64,000 nucleotides of DNA from Octopus bimaculoides (lineage: Eukaryota), in the NCBI RefSeq assembly GCF_001194135.2, contig NC_069000.1, positions 7,744,013-7,808,012 on the forward strand, read 5' to 3'. A program made the translations under genes and the position numbers. The number at the start of each line of letters is the position of its first letter. Positions within the stretch are counted from its first letter, which is position 1. Positions 14,281 to 27,623 of the stretch are shown in pieces. The notes under the pieces are model-generated. The model ran no database searches and was not told where the DNA came from. It saw only the letters and a program-made list of their open reading frames with translations.

Positions 14281-16413
14281 TAAAACAGCTAACAGCTTGT
14301 CAAAAAAAACTTTACTGGTTTTGGTGTTCTAGGTTCAAAACCCAACAAAGTCAATTCTAACTTTTTGCTCCTCTATGGTCAAATAACAAAGGATCAGGAA
14401 TCAAAACAATTATATATTCTCCCTTCACTTTTTAAAATGGTTTTCTGTACTTCTTCACAAAATATCACTATCTGAGCCAATATATAATTCTATACCCTTG
14501 AGGGTAATGAGGCCAAAAGATAGCCACCAATCACTAGAGTTTAACACAACAATCCTATTGCTCTAATGAGTCTGACAAATGGCATTACATCTGTGACTGT
14601 GTGGTGTCAGCCAGTGCTTAGCTAGAACCAACCAAACAACTAACCAGAACAAGTTTTCTCTCATAGTCTTCACAGAGTCCTGAATAAATAATAAGGTCAA
14701 TGAAGTAGAAAGAATTCTTACTCTAGATATTGGCACTAATTTTGGTGCTTCATCATCATCGTCATCGTTTAACATCTGCTTTCCATGCTGGCATGGGTTG
14801 GACAGTTTGACTGAAGTCTAGCAAGCCAGTAGGCTGCACCAGGCTCCAATCTGATCTGGGAATGTTTCTACAGCTGGATGCCCTTCCTAACGCCAACCAC
14901 TCCGAGAGTGTAGCAGGTGTTTTTTTACGTGCCATTGTCACAGGAGCCAATCAGGGGGCACTGGCATCGACCATGTTCGGATGGTGCTTTTTTATATGCC
15001 ACCAATATGGGAGCCAGTCAGGCAACACTGGCATCAACCATGTCTGGATGGTGCTTTTTATGTGCCACAAAACAAAATATATACTATGACTGAGACACCT
15101 CACACACATATATACACCTTGTGTCTGTGACAGGGTTCACTTTGTTCGGCTAAGACCAATGGGCAGATGCTGGCTGACCAATTAGAGTCAGGAAATTTTA
15201 TCCTTCACCAGGATATTTCTGTCTTCACAAAGTGACAGAGGAGAATTTAAACAAGAAATACACAGTTTGTGATGGAGGTAGACCTTGGCTAATAACATAG
15301 CTGACATAGCTATATTGATGAGCATGCCAGAGTTGTTGTTTAGCTCCAGACCAATCCTGATTGAGTAGACTTATGTTCAGAAATATTCCAACAGTGCATA
15401 CCCTGTTCTCTTGGGAGAGTAAGTCAGTCTACAATTCCTTCCTATTTAAGACAGTGATTTGAGGCTGATCTGACCATTCTTTCAAGTAAATCTACAGGCT
15501 CTCCTATTGATTCAATACACACACACAGTTGTGTTAATTAGCTGGGTACAGAGAATGAGTGAGATTAGAAATCTCAAGATAAGAGATTAGTTTATGGTAG
15601 GTGGGATAAGTGTCCAAAATTAATTAAGTGGTGGTGGTGGCAGGGTTAATTAATGTCTGCTTTGTTTAGAGTTAAGGAGCCAAGAAAGTGGTCAGTAGCG
15701 AGTTTTCAAGTGATTCGATTTTGGCAAACAGTCCGCAATGATAATCATCTTTCCTTATCAAACACCATCACATTTCTCTTCAGTGTTATTTCTACATTAC
15801 TGTTGCCAAGTACTTCACATGTAGAGTATTTGGTCAGTGAGCAGTCAATGGTCAGCTGGTTGTAGTTACCAAAACAGAAGAAACATTAGAACAGTTTAAA
15901 ATAAAACGAAAATCAGTTGAAATAAGCCCTGCAAGGTAGGATGGCTGCTTCAGCAAGGGCTGCTGGTCATTCTCCGTGGCAACGCTATCACAGCCATTGT
16001 CCGCAGGATGCAGCTGAGCCCACCGTTTGTGCTGGGGGTGTGCTTTTTTTCTTTTGTCATTGTTTCCTTGTAATTAAATTGCAATTCAATCTTTATGTAA
16101 ATAAAACTAATGTATGAGCATAAAACAAAAATGAGTTAAGTAACAATTTGTGAGAATATTCTTTGTTAGACATCTCAGGGTAGGGGTGTTGTAGGCTGTG
16201 TTTTATCTTCCCTCATTGTTGGACAAGTTTGGTTCACATGGAGTGTGTGTGTGTGTGTGTGTGTGTTTAGTAATAGCTGGAGTGATAGAGGAAAGGGTAG
16301 AGAAAGGTAAGGGAGAAAGAAAAGGAAGACATTAAAGACAAAGAATGAAGAGCAAAAAATAACAACAAAAAACAGCCAAACTACTACTTGTCTTTTTCTC
16401 ATTAAAAACATAA

Positions 16414-16890
16414 CATCATCATCATCATCATCTTCATCGTTTAACGTCCGCTTTCCATGCTGGCATGGGTTGGACGGTTTGACTGGGAACTGGTGAACCA
16501 GATGGTTACACCAGGCTCCAATCTGATTTGGCAGAGTTTCTACAGCTGGATGCCCTTCCTAATGCCAACCACTCCGAGAGTGTAGTGGGTGCTTTTACGT
16601 GCCACCGGCACGAAGGCCAGTCAGGCAGTACTGGCAACGGCCACGCTCAAAATGGTGTATTTTACATGCCACCTGAACAGGAGCCAGTTCAGTGGCACTG
16701 GTAACGATCTCGCTCGAATGTTTTGTTCACGTGCCAGTAAGGTGACGCTGGTAACGATCATGCTCAAATGGTGCTTTTTATGTGCCACCGGCACAGAAGC
16801 CAGACAGCTGCTCTGGCAATGATCCCTCCCGGATGGTGCTGTTAGCGCTCCACTGGCACAGGTGCCAGTCATCGAATTTGGTTCAATTTC
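16414..16890 (-). mobile_element. Family C retroposon with a (GAT)n tail (AGGAAGGGCATCCAGCTGTAGAAA..GGAAAGCGGACGTTAAAC(GAT)n); the tail resembles RTE-clade LINE 3' ends
   Basis: Youngest-looking copy, CpG-rich. Other copies: minus at about 5698-5830, 12810-12990, 14752-15070, 43845-44010, 48680-48779 and 51890-52090; plus at about 21140-21280, 24380-24580, 32400-32590 and 43295-43430. The RTE assignment is from memory. Confidence 0.8.
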
Positions 16891-17529
16891 GATGTATATA
16901 TACACATGCACTTATACATACATCCATCCCACTATGCAACATTAAAACAATCTTTACACTATAACATGGAGTAGTCCTGCTTTTTGGTGTTGGAATTATG
17001 AGGATATCCAATAAGGCTGCTGAGGATGAGAGGTTTCCAGTTTATGTAGTGTTTTCATTATTTCATCATTAGCCCCATTCACTGTCACCATCCACATAAA
17101 ATTCTTTGGTAGTTCTGTTTCTTTTTTTATTCTTGTACTTCTATTGTTTTTATGCAGGGAGTTTGTAAAGGAACTATTTGTAGTGAATGTTAGTTTTCTT
17201 TGTAGAAAACTATTTAACCTCTGGTGAGGTTACATAGCAGATGTGAGATATATTTACATACATACATAGACACATGCACACAAAATCAATCAAGTATGAT
17301 GTAGCAGTAATACAATAGGCAGACACTTCTCGATCAAACACTTATATGGTAAGGAATGAATCAAGAACAGTTACTCTATCTGAGGTTGTTGAACTATTAC
17401 TGACAGAATCATCATTGCAGCAGCATCAGGACAGCAACTATGGTGGCATCCCTGACAATAAATTCGGGCTACAGTAGCAAAAATTTGTGCACTTATGTAT
17501 ACATAAACACTCAGACATATATGTGTGAG

Positions 17530-17570
<41 letters not shown>

Positions 17571-18611
17571 GATAGATAGATAGATAGATAGAGAGGTAGA
17601 TAGATATACATACATGCACACATGTCTGTATGTGATATACACACAAGTGCATATACATGTGTGTGAGTGTGTGTGTGTATACACACACACACACATACAA
17701 GTCCTCATTTTATGAGAAATATAACTACCAATTATTAACAGGAGACAATTATAGTTGGATAATTTTAAACCAACCAAAATCAGACACACACACACACAAA
17801 AGCATTATGCCGCAGTAGACCCATCCGCCAATCCATACAAACATGGAAAAACAGCTGTACAGATATAAAATAACGATGATGTATAAAGGACACACAAACA
17901 CACAGCTGACTATGTCGAAATGCTCCAGGATTTCCGACCCACATCCATACACATACCACACATACATTCGTACACCAATCCTCCACTACATACACCAAAC
18001 ACGATGAAGCTACATGGTACAATGCTCCAGGATTTCCATACACACACACACACACACCACAGATCACATACAGCCACACTACATTACATACAATCGCACA
18101 CATCCACCACATGCTATACACGCACACCATATCACATGTGTGTCACTTCCACACACCACAAACATCCCCCGCATCACAGTAAAAGCTCCATGTCAGAATG
18201 TTCCAAGAGTTAACATGGATGATGAGGTCTGTTTTACTGACATCTTTACTTCAAACTGAACACTGCAAGGAAGAAAAAGGAGGAGGAGGAGGAGGAAATC
18301 AATAACTGTTCAATGGTGTATAGTGAGTAACATTGACCAGGCTGCTTGCTACGCTACACGACTAGAGGGGAATGTAAAACTNNNNNNNNNNGTTCTCTCT
18401 TCATACCACCGCTGCCGTCACCACCTCACATTCACTGCATTCGTTCCCCACCACACACACACACACACACAGACATGCACACTTTATTTCCATTTTCCTT
18501 CCAGCTTTTATCTCATTAAAGAAGCAACAATTACCATTGTTATTAATTCCCTCCTCCACCTCCTTATTGTTATTGGTGACACTGTGTGCCTTACCCCTAA
18601 CTTTCTGGCAA

Positions 18612-18647
<36 letters not shown>

Positions 18648-18719
18648 GTACCAGTCTTTGCAGTAAAAGTTACATCAATAAAAATGTAATAGATTTCTAT
18701 ATTTATTCACTCAAACAAT

Positions 18720-19210
18720 GTGTAGTGGAGGCGGCATTGACGGTTGTGGTGGAGGCGGCATTGACGGTTGTGGTGGAGGCGGCATTGACGGTTGTGGTGG
18801 AGGCGNNNNNNNNNNNNNNNNNNNNNNNNNNNNNNNNNNNNNNNNNNNNNNNNNNNNNNNNNNNNNNNNNNNNNNNNNNNNNNNNNNNNNNNNNNNNNNN
18901 NNNNNNNNNNNNNNNNNNNNNNNNNNNNNNNNNNNNNNNNNNNNNNNNNNNNNNNNNNNNNNNNNNNNNNNNNNNNNNNNNNNNNNNNNNNNNNNNNNNN
19001 NNNNNNNNNNNNNNNNNNNNNNNNNNNNNNNNNNNNNNNNNNNNNNNNNNNNNNNNNNNNNNNNNNNNNNNNNNNNNNNNNNNNNNNNNNNNNNNNNNNN
19101 NNNNNNNNNNNNNNNNNNNNNNNNNNNNNNNNNNNNNNNNNNNNNNNNNNNNNNNNNNNNNGGCATTGACGGTTGTGGTGGAGGCGGCATTGACGGTTGT
19201 GGTGGAGGTG
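18720..19210. repeat. 24-bp GC-rich minisatellite (TGTGGTGGAGGCGGCATTGACGGT) spanning an N gap
   Basis: The same unit is present on both sides of the gap. Confidence 0.9.
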
Positions 19211-19304
19211 GCAGGAGTGAGCCTCAGAGTCAGCCCTGCCTCCCCCACTCCTCAGTCCCATCACCAAAGCCAGATGTCTGGTGAAAGACAGTTCTGAAGG
19301 AAAT

Positions 19305-19517
19305 ATTGGTTTCAAATGTTGGCACAAGGCCAGCAATTTTGAGGGAGGGGATAAGTCAATTACATCGACCCCCACTGCTCAACTGGTACTTAATTTTATC
19401 AACCCTGAAAGGATGAAAGGCAAAGTCGACCTCGGCAGAATTTGAACTCAGATCGTAAAGACAGACAAAATGCTGCTAAGCCTGGTGTGCTAACAATTCT
19501 GCCAGCTCACTGCCTTA
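19305..19517 (-). mobile_element. SINE family A (head GGCGGTGAGCTGGCAGAA.., core GCCTTTCATCCTTTCGGGGTCGATAAA), representative minus copy
   Basis: Near full-length copy. Other minus copies are at about 6030-6232, 41126-41310 and 55900-56056, with fragments at 5845-6020. Confidence 0.85.
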
Positions 19518-19804
19518 GTCCTGAAGGAAATTATTGCTCCATAACTAATACCATCACAGCCCAAGAAAATTATTTGAGCATCGAGTCTAGGTATTTCATT
19601 GGGTTTAGGGCAAGCCAGCGAAATCTTACTCACCTAAATTTTTATTCGTCATAGCCGTAAAATTATTTAAAACAGTAGATTATCATCCAATCCAAGAGGA
19701 AATATAACTTGTTTATCCACTTCTATGAAACCTACCAACACGGGGAGAACTAGATGTTAACTGTGATGCTAGAGGTGGGCTCAAACTAAAGTTTATATAT
19801 TTAA

Positions 19805-20024
19805 CTCTTTGCAGATGGGAAGCAGTACTGACCGCATTGAAACACTGTGTGTGTGAGCAGTGCAATGTCTTGCTCTGTGTGGCACTGTGTTTTCAAATAT
19901 ACCACACTGAGAAGAATCCGTAAATACGCTGTAAAATTCCTTGTATGAAAAATTATGTAGTAACTGAATGGCCTAATACCAGTGCACAGCACAGACTGTC
20001 AGTACTATATCTGTCTGCAAGGGG
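19805..20024. mobile_element. piggyBac-type MITE, second family (220 bp)
   Basis: TTAA at 19801-04 and 20025-28. Imperfect TIRs are CTCTTTGCAGAT..AGTACTGAC and GTCAGTACT..GTCTGCAAGGGG. Confidence 0.65.
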
Positions 20025-20976
20025 TTAAAAACCTGAAGAATCCTAAATCTTTGCGATCAGTATCAGTTAGGGTGTCAGTGTCACAGATGTCTATGTCAGG
20101 GGTCAGTGTTACAGAGGTCTGTGTAAATTAGGGCTCAGTGCAAGAAAGGTCTGTGCCAGTTAGGGGTCAGCAGATTTGTATTGTTGCACCAAGCTGAGGT
20201 TTCATTTCATCTGGTTGAAGGATTCTACATCACATGCACCTCATGTCTACAAATCATCAGAAATCCCAAATTAAAGCCAGCATGGCAATATTTTTTACTT
20301 CAAACACCAGACAGATGTTAAAACCATAAGTGATGATGATGGTGGTTGTGGAGGCAAATGTTGATGGTGGTGGTGGTAGTGAGATGATGGTGGTGATGGT
20401 TGTGGCAGTGGTGGTGGTAAGTGGGAATGGTGTGATGATGATAGGAATGGTGGCTGTGGTGAGTGGTGGTTGTGACAGGATAATGGCACAGGTTATGGTG
20501 ATGGGAGTGAGTGGGGAAGGTGTAATGGTGGTGGTTGGCAATGGTGTGATGACTGTGGTGGTGATGTTGAGTGGTCAACAATAAGAGGTCGTCACTCAGG
20601 TTTCAAATGATTCAACTTAAAACTTGAGTAGTTTTCCAAAAATGGAAACTTGATGTTGGTCAATAATTCTTTCGAGACTGCCTGCTTTCTGTGAAGGTCT
20701 CGGTTCAAAGAGAGACAAGGAAATTTCCATAAAAACAAAGAACAGTAAATTAAAATAATTTTCTGTGTAAACTTGGTCAAATTAATTCTGATTCTCTATT
20801 GATTGAGAATTCAGTAAATAGGGGAAAATTTCTCATAGAATTTGGCGTAAGAAATAAATTGATTTCAATAGCAACATTATCATCAACATTAAATCCACCA
20901 TCACCACCACTTCTGCCAACAATAATTTTAAAATATAATTCTGTAGCTGTTCTTTGTGTGAGTATATGTATGTGAA

Positions 20977-21070
20977 GGCACATGGCTCAGTGGTTAGGGC
21001 ATTGACCTTACGATCGTGAAGTTGTGAGTTTGATTCCCAGACCAGGATGTGTGTTATTTTCTTGAGCAAG
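20977..21070 (+). mobile_element. tRNA-derived SINE head (A box TGGCTCAGTGGTTAGG, B box GAGTTTGATTCCC), family D
   Basis: It has pol III boxes but no cloverleaf closure and runs into TTCTTGAGCAAG. A related body is at 42490-42775 and a decayed copy at about 26300-26530. Confidence 0.7.
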
Positions 21071-21277
21071 GATGTATTGTTTATCAATAAAAAAAACATG
21101 TCTGAAACAGCTGTAATGAACCACAGCCCATTATACTCTTGAAGTGGTTGGCATTAGGAAGGGCATCCATCCATAGAAACCATGCTAAATCAGACTAGAA
21201 CTTGGGAGATCTCTGGCTTACCAGTTCCAGTCAAACCATCTAAATCCATGCCAGCATGGAAAGCAGATGTTAAATGA

Positions 21278-21328
<51 letters not shown>

Positions 21329-22420
21329 AGTCATTGCATACATGCATGCGTGTATGTGTGTAGTAGTTTAGTGTTCCTCACTCACTTTCCTTATGCTCTT
21401 GAATGCTCCACTTGCTCTTTTATAATGTGAGGAAGTCATGTATCTCCTCTAAAGCAGGAAACCTGTTCCTGATCCTTCCCTCATGCTTTAGCCCTCTCAT
21501 CATATATCACAGACACACACATGTATATGTGTAAGTGTGCACATATTATAGTCCCAACAGACAGATGAAAAAAAGCTCCAGCAGAAATACAGCAACATTA
21601 AACTGAACAGATTAGATGTGGCACAGCAAGCAAAGGACAACCAGTTAAGAGGACAGTTGTTCAAATCATGTCATTGGTAGTATTAAAGTATTATGTCATG
21701 GTTCCAACTCCATCGATGGAAGAGGGGGTGGGGGTGGAAGGAACATTATACAAAAACAAACACATTCACTTCTAACAACAGTAACAGCAATAATAACGGC
21801 AGCAACATTAGTTTGTCATTTTATAGAGAAAAGGTCAAATTTGTTTCAAAAATAAAGGTTTCCGTCAGTTATTGTGTCTTGTTATTTTGGCAATATGGTG
21901 GTGGTGGTGATGGTGGTGGTGGTGGTGGTGGTGATGGTTCTGGCAGTGGTGGTGGATGTAGCGGTGGTTATGGTGATGGTGTTGATGGTGGTGGTGCTTG
22001 TTACATGGTGGTGGTGTGTGATGATGATGGTGTAGTGGTAGCATGTGGTTGTAGTGGTGGTAATTGGTGGTGTAGCAGTGATGTGTGGCAGTTTCTAGTT
22101 ATGGTTGTAATGGCGGTGGTATGTAGTGGTGGTGTGCAATGGTAGAGGTGGAATGACAGCAATGTATGGGAATATACTGCACAGAAGAATTTAACCTATG
22201 ACCATGTGTGTGTGTGTGTGTGTGTGTATGTGTGTGTGTGTGCATATACAAGTGTGTGGTGTAAATGTGTGTATATGTTTGTATGTTGTGAGTGTGTGTG
22301 TGGGTGAGAAACAAATATCAAACTGATGTTGCCTTCTCTTCAGATATGTAAATATACCATGGAAGCAAGAATACTATAATAATGTGAGGAGATCAGTGAC
22401 TTGTGACACAGTTAGACATC

Positions 22421-22700
22421 AATTAGCCATTGGCGAGACTGCAGTTAGCCATCGGCGAGACTGCGGTTAGCCATCGGCGAGACTGTGGTTAGCCATCGGC
22501 GAGACTGCAGTTAGCCACCGGCAAGACTGCGGTTGGCCATTGGCGAGACTGTGGTTAGCCATCGGTGAGACTGCGGTTGGCCATTGGCGAGACTGCGGTT
22601 AGCCATCGCTGAGACTGCGGTTAGCCATCGGTGAGACTGCAGTTGGCCATTGGCGAGACTGCGGTTAGCCATCGGTGAGACTGCAGTTAGCCATCGGCAA
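22421..22700. repeat. 22-bp CpG-rich minisatellite (GTTAGCCATCGGCGAGACTGCG), about 12 copies
   Basis: Read directly from the sequence. Confidence 0.9.
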
Positions 22701-25177
22701 TCAGTGAGATGGTACCTAGCCATCAGGGAGGCGCCGGCTAGCCATCAGGAAGGCAGGTAGAGAAAGAAGTTGAAGATATTGATAATGATAATGGTGACAA
22801 TAATAGACTAATGAACTAAGACCTCTACCTGTAACACTGATGACATCAGTATCACCGTCTGAAGCCTGCTATTCAACTCCACTCCTACCACTACTCACCA
22901 CTACTACCATCATCATCATTAGCAACAAGAAGAAACAAAGTGATAGTGACAACACAGTGCACCCTTTAGGTCATCAACAACGTCTGTAGCAAGATTTGAA
23001 ACCCCGACTACCACATCACTCGTTTAGTGCGCACTAACTAATTAACAGTTAAATATCATTGTTTACAACACATTAATTACAAACTGCTATATGTGGGGGT
23101 GTATATTGAATGTAGCCTATATGTAGTTGAGTGCATAAGTGTGTGTGTGTGTATAGTGTCATATGAATCTATGATTGTATATGACAATGTGTATAGAGTG
23201 GGGTGTTCATAAAGTAGTAAAACAACCCAATTTGTAAAATGGGGCCGCTAGGTCAAACAATACCCCACCCTTCACCATCTCCCACCCTGTTTATGGTGAT
23301 GTAACCAAAGGAACATAAAAGCCATCCTGCTGGGTGGATGTTATATTCCTTTGGATTATTAAGGGTGGTTAAGTATACTAAATGACCCTAATTTGACAAA
23401 ATTGTCAGCTTTACTTTCATTAGAATCACAATGGCTACTCTTATAATTTACAGCACACACAAGCATAGAGACAGACATACAGATGCACATACAGAGATAC
23501 AGACACACATGTATACATACAAATAGACATACATGTATTACACTTGACCAGATATACACAAACACATGCATACACACAAAAATACAGAAGTATACAGACA
23601 GACAGACACACACACACACACATATTACACTAGGCAACAATGCTAACTTCCACACACCATGCACAATGTCATCTCACAAAACACTCTGAAAAATGTCTAC
23701 ATGCCAGCTATGAAAGAGAAGATAACTCCTACATACATCTGTAGACTTGGTTATATACTTTTAACAGAGAGAGGTGTATATAACAGAGAAACAGAACTTG
23801 GCTATATATTCTAACATAAGGAGGCAGTACAGTAATAGCAGAGATCCTATCTACAATGTTTAGCTGATTTACAGAGAATCTAGTTGAAATTTGATCAACT
23901 TTCAACATAGGTCTGTGATCTGCATAGATTATTAAGTACATTTAAATGCTAATTGATATTATTAGGAATTATAATTAGGTATCATGCCAAACATAATTAA
24001 TTAACACTTATATACAGCTTTGTCCTTTGATCTTCATTTTCTATGATCGTGGGATTCTGGTTTTACATTTGTCTAAGAGTTGTTGTGCCATGTGAAATGG
24101 AAACGTCTCCGAAACTTAGTTTTGGTTTCATGGTGGGAAATAAGGAATAAACCTCCTCCTGGATAAGGTGCTAGCATACATTACATGTGACTTTCCCAAT
24201 AAACAGTCATCCATTCCCACCAATTGTAGAGCAAACTGTTCTACTGAGAAATAGACTGCAATGGACTTGAACACAATGTCTTATAACTCATCCACTGGGT
24301 CATACCACCCCAGCCCGTTTTGCTACACAGAATCCTAGACAGATTTATCAAGAAAATGATGGTTTTGTCTGAATTTTTAAGAGAAAATATTGCTACATAA
24401 AAATCACTGGTGCTGGTTCCACATAAAAAACACTGGTGCCATTTAAAAAGCACCCAGTACTCTATAAAGTGGTTGGCATTAGGAAGGGCATCCGGCCGTA
24501 GAAACCATGCCAAAACAGGCAATGGAGCTTGATGTAACCTTACCAGTTCTTGTCAAACCATCCAAGTCATGCCAGCATTATTGTCCTCATCATGGTTATT
24601 ATAGTCACAATATCTCAGTAACGGAACCATCCAACCATCTCCAGAAATTATCATTATTATACATTGATAAATTTAATTGAGTGTCCCCATCTTCATTGTT
24701 ACGGTCACAACATCTCGGCTTTTGTACCCACATACCTTGGGCAGGTTTCTACCATATTGTTTTGGGAATTAAGAACAAAACTCTTTATTAAATACATGGA
24801 GGTACATTGTGGGCAATCCTTTGTTCATAACAGTAATATTCTCTGTTATTCTACATGGGAGGTCAAATGTTCATGAATAGGTTTTTGTCAGAAAAGTGGA
24901 TGAAATAAATACTACTGAGTTGTAAATGAGTGTTTTTAAGCCTTCCTCATCAATCAGATAGATTACCACATAACCATGAATGTAATATCGGTTGGATAGG
25001 TCTACAAATTTAATATTTTCATATGATTTATCAAAACAAATAGTTTTTATTATACTTCTGTAATAGAAGGAGTACTGAGTGACTAAAGGTGAGACAGTTT
25101 CTCACCAGAGATGAAGTTGTCCCAGGTACAAATTAAAAGACAATTTAGTTTAAGATTACAGTATAGATGTAGCTTAC

Positions 25178-25271
25178 CTTTGATGAGAACTGTCCACCGG
25201 AGCCCTCAAATTTAATCGTTCCTGAGGCAGTACGACGAAATCGGGCATCATCTTCCTCAAGCCGAACATTC
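25178..25271 (-). CDS. Internal coding exon (G+NVRLEEDDARFRRTASGTIKFEGSGGQFSSK) of the same gene
   Basis: Acceptor GTTGTCTTTGTAG|G and donor AAG|GTAAGC. The 94 nt form 1 nt plus 31 open codons with coding-like composition in AT-rich surroundings. It is too short for the ORF track. Confidence 0.85.
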
Positions 25272-25872
25272 CTACAAAGACAACAAATACCCTTTAGAAA
25301 TATATTTACATCAACATTAGAATTCCATTATTACCGTTAACGACAATGTCGTATGACTGAAGACTGTGTCTTTAGTTTCAACAGGGCCATATTCTTGGCA
25401 ATAATAAATATTAATCACTCTTCCTCGGGCAGGCCACACAAGGTAAAATGAAATAGATTTTCATGTGAGGATATAAAGATATTGTAAGGAGAAGCTTCGA
25501 ACGTTTAATCACAACAAATACACACACACACGTTTGTTTGTGTCTGCGTGCGTGTAAGAGTGTGTATGTGTGTGTGGGGGGGGGGGGTATCAGACTAGAA
25601 AGGAGATAAAGTGTGCTATCCTGATGCCATATCAATCAACGTGGTGTTGTACAAGGGAGTTAACTCTCACTGACTCTATCCAAAATAAACATTCATACAT
25701 TTGCGTGAAAGTTAAAATTTTGTCTATGGATTTGTTAGTGTCTTCGTGTGATTAATTAGCATTTAATTAGGATTCTGTAGGAAATGTCTCATTAATAAAA
25801 TATAGCTGAGCATTTATATCTTAGTGAAAGAGAATCAATGGAAGGCAATAGTTATTTTGTGTGTGTGCATAC

Positions 25873-25919
<47 letters not shown>

Positions 25920-27623
25920 ATAAACACACACAAACTAAAATGGAGTGTATATACACATATAGATCACTTCTGGGGTAACATCCAACACTACAGAGTTAAA
26001 AGTTAGGGGCGAGGATATATATAGATATATAGGTCATTTCTGAAGTAACATGGTACCCCAAAAGATTACACAGGTAAAGGTTAAACTGGGGACTCACACA
26101 CACACGTCATTTTTCTAGCAACACAACAAACGGCAATGATACTCAATCCCTTAAAAGAGTCCTACAGAACTTAGAGAAATTGAACCCAGTGATAAGAGAC
26201 AATAGCGTAGGATGCAACGAATGCCACACTCAACGAGTGCAACACTCCATAATTAACACAACGAATACTTAATACTTCATCCGTCATTCGACAGACAAAG
26301 CATGTGGTTAGTAGTGGTTTCAATGTTGATATCAAGAATATTAGAATATGGGTTCGATTCTCTGACCTGCGGCACACTGTGTCCTTGTGCAAGGTACTCT
26401 CCATTTCACACAGTTTCAGTACATTCAGCTGAAAATAAGTACAAGTAATAGCTGGTGGGTCAACTCTACAATAGACTGGTGCCCCATTCGGTCGGAGAGG
26501 GAACGTGCACTACACCACAGAAACTGGGATACACTCAAGCTTATTCAGCCTGTAACCTTGCAACACTCAACAGATAACGCACAAAGTACCACACCCTGCT
26601 GCCCATTATCAAAGATATGTGGTTAGAAGAGGTCTCAGGTTGATAGGGATATTATAACATATGCAGTTTGATGCAATAAATAAGAAAATGTGCTGATATG
26701 CATAAGAAGTTCGTTTCTCAACCATGTGGGCTTGGGTTCAGACCATGATAAAAATAAAAACTAAACACAAGGTACTTTAAAGATCAGCAGAATCAGATTT
26801 ATTACTTTTAATATAATTTGAGCAGTTCAACTGTTGTGGTGGTGGTTGTGGTATAGACACTGCCATAATGTGTCACAGTTGTATAGATAACGTTGTAGAG
26901 TGCCATTGTGGGGGTTCATTGAGTGCAGCATTATGGACCAGTTTGGAGAGCACTGATACAGAATACAGTCCAGTCTCCATTAAAATGGTCAAGGCTGCTA
27001 GAAAGACTGGTGTTCTTACATGCGTGTGTGTGCGTGTGTACATGTGCAAAACACACACACACATGTAATGGATCTATTTATAAATGGCACCATTAAACAG
27101 TCTGCCGACACCAAAGCGGAGAAATGAGCAGAAAAATTAATTATTGAACACATTTGAGGACGAAAGCTATGTAATTCTTCTAATTAGATATCTAACCTTT
27201 GTTTGCTGCCATCTGATGACAATCTCCACCCCAAATCTACTCAATCACCGACAACTTCCTCCTCCACAATACAAGCTGATGGAGAGTTCATGATCAGTTT
27301 CAAATCTCAAGCAAGAAAAGGTTTCATTTCATTCAATTAAGTGCTTTCCAGAAAGCATGGCCTTCACCACAAGCTGTTGCTATCTCTCCTGGAAATGCAA
27401 CACTACATCTAAGATATTTTTTTACTATAAAGATATTTGGTGGTATGATAGGAGCTGTAGAAAGTACTGGACAAAATACCTTGTCACCTTTAGCTAGGGA
27501 TGTTTATGTTCTAATCCTGTCCATTTTCCTTTTCACTTTTCTATACCAGTCATATAACAAAGTCAACTATATAAACCTTAAACATTGGCCTTGTATCACT
27601 TAATTATATTTTTTTTTCTATAA

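Noticed and set aside
18323-19375. Long ORFs (324, 222, 188, 181 aa) with VVEAALTV, GIDGCGGG or PPPQPSM repeats
   Set aside because: They are read-through of a 24-bp minisatellite and an N gap; being open in several frames at once is a repeat artefact.
20977-21050. tRNA gene
   Set aside because: It has A/B boxes but no acceptor-stem closure and continues into a SINE body.
25335-25370. Extra donor CG|GTAATA 63 nt above the 25271 acceptor
   Set aside because: The phase-compatible frame has TAA immediately upstream, and the candidate lengths are not multiples of 3.
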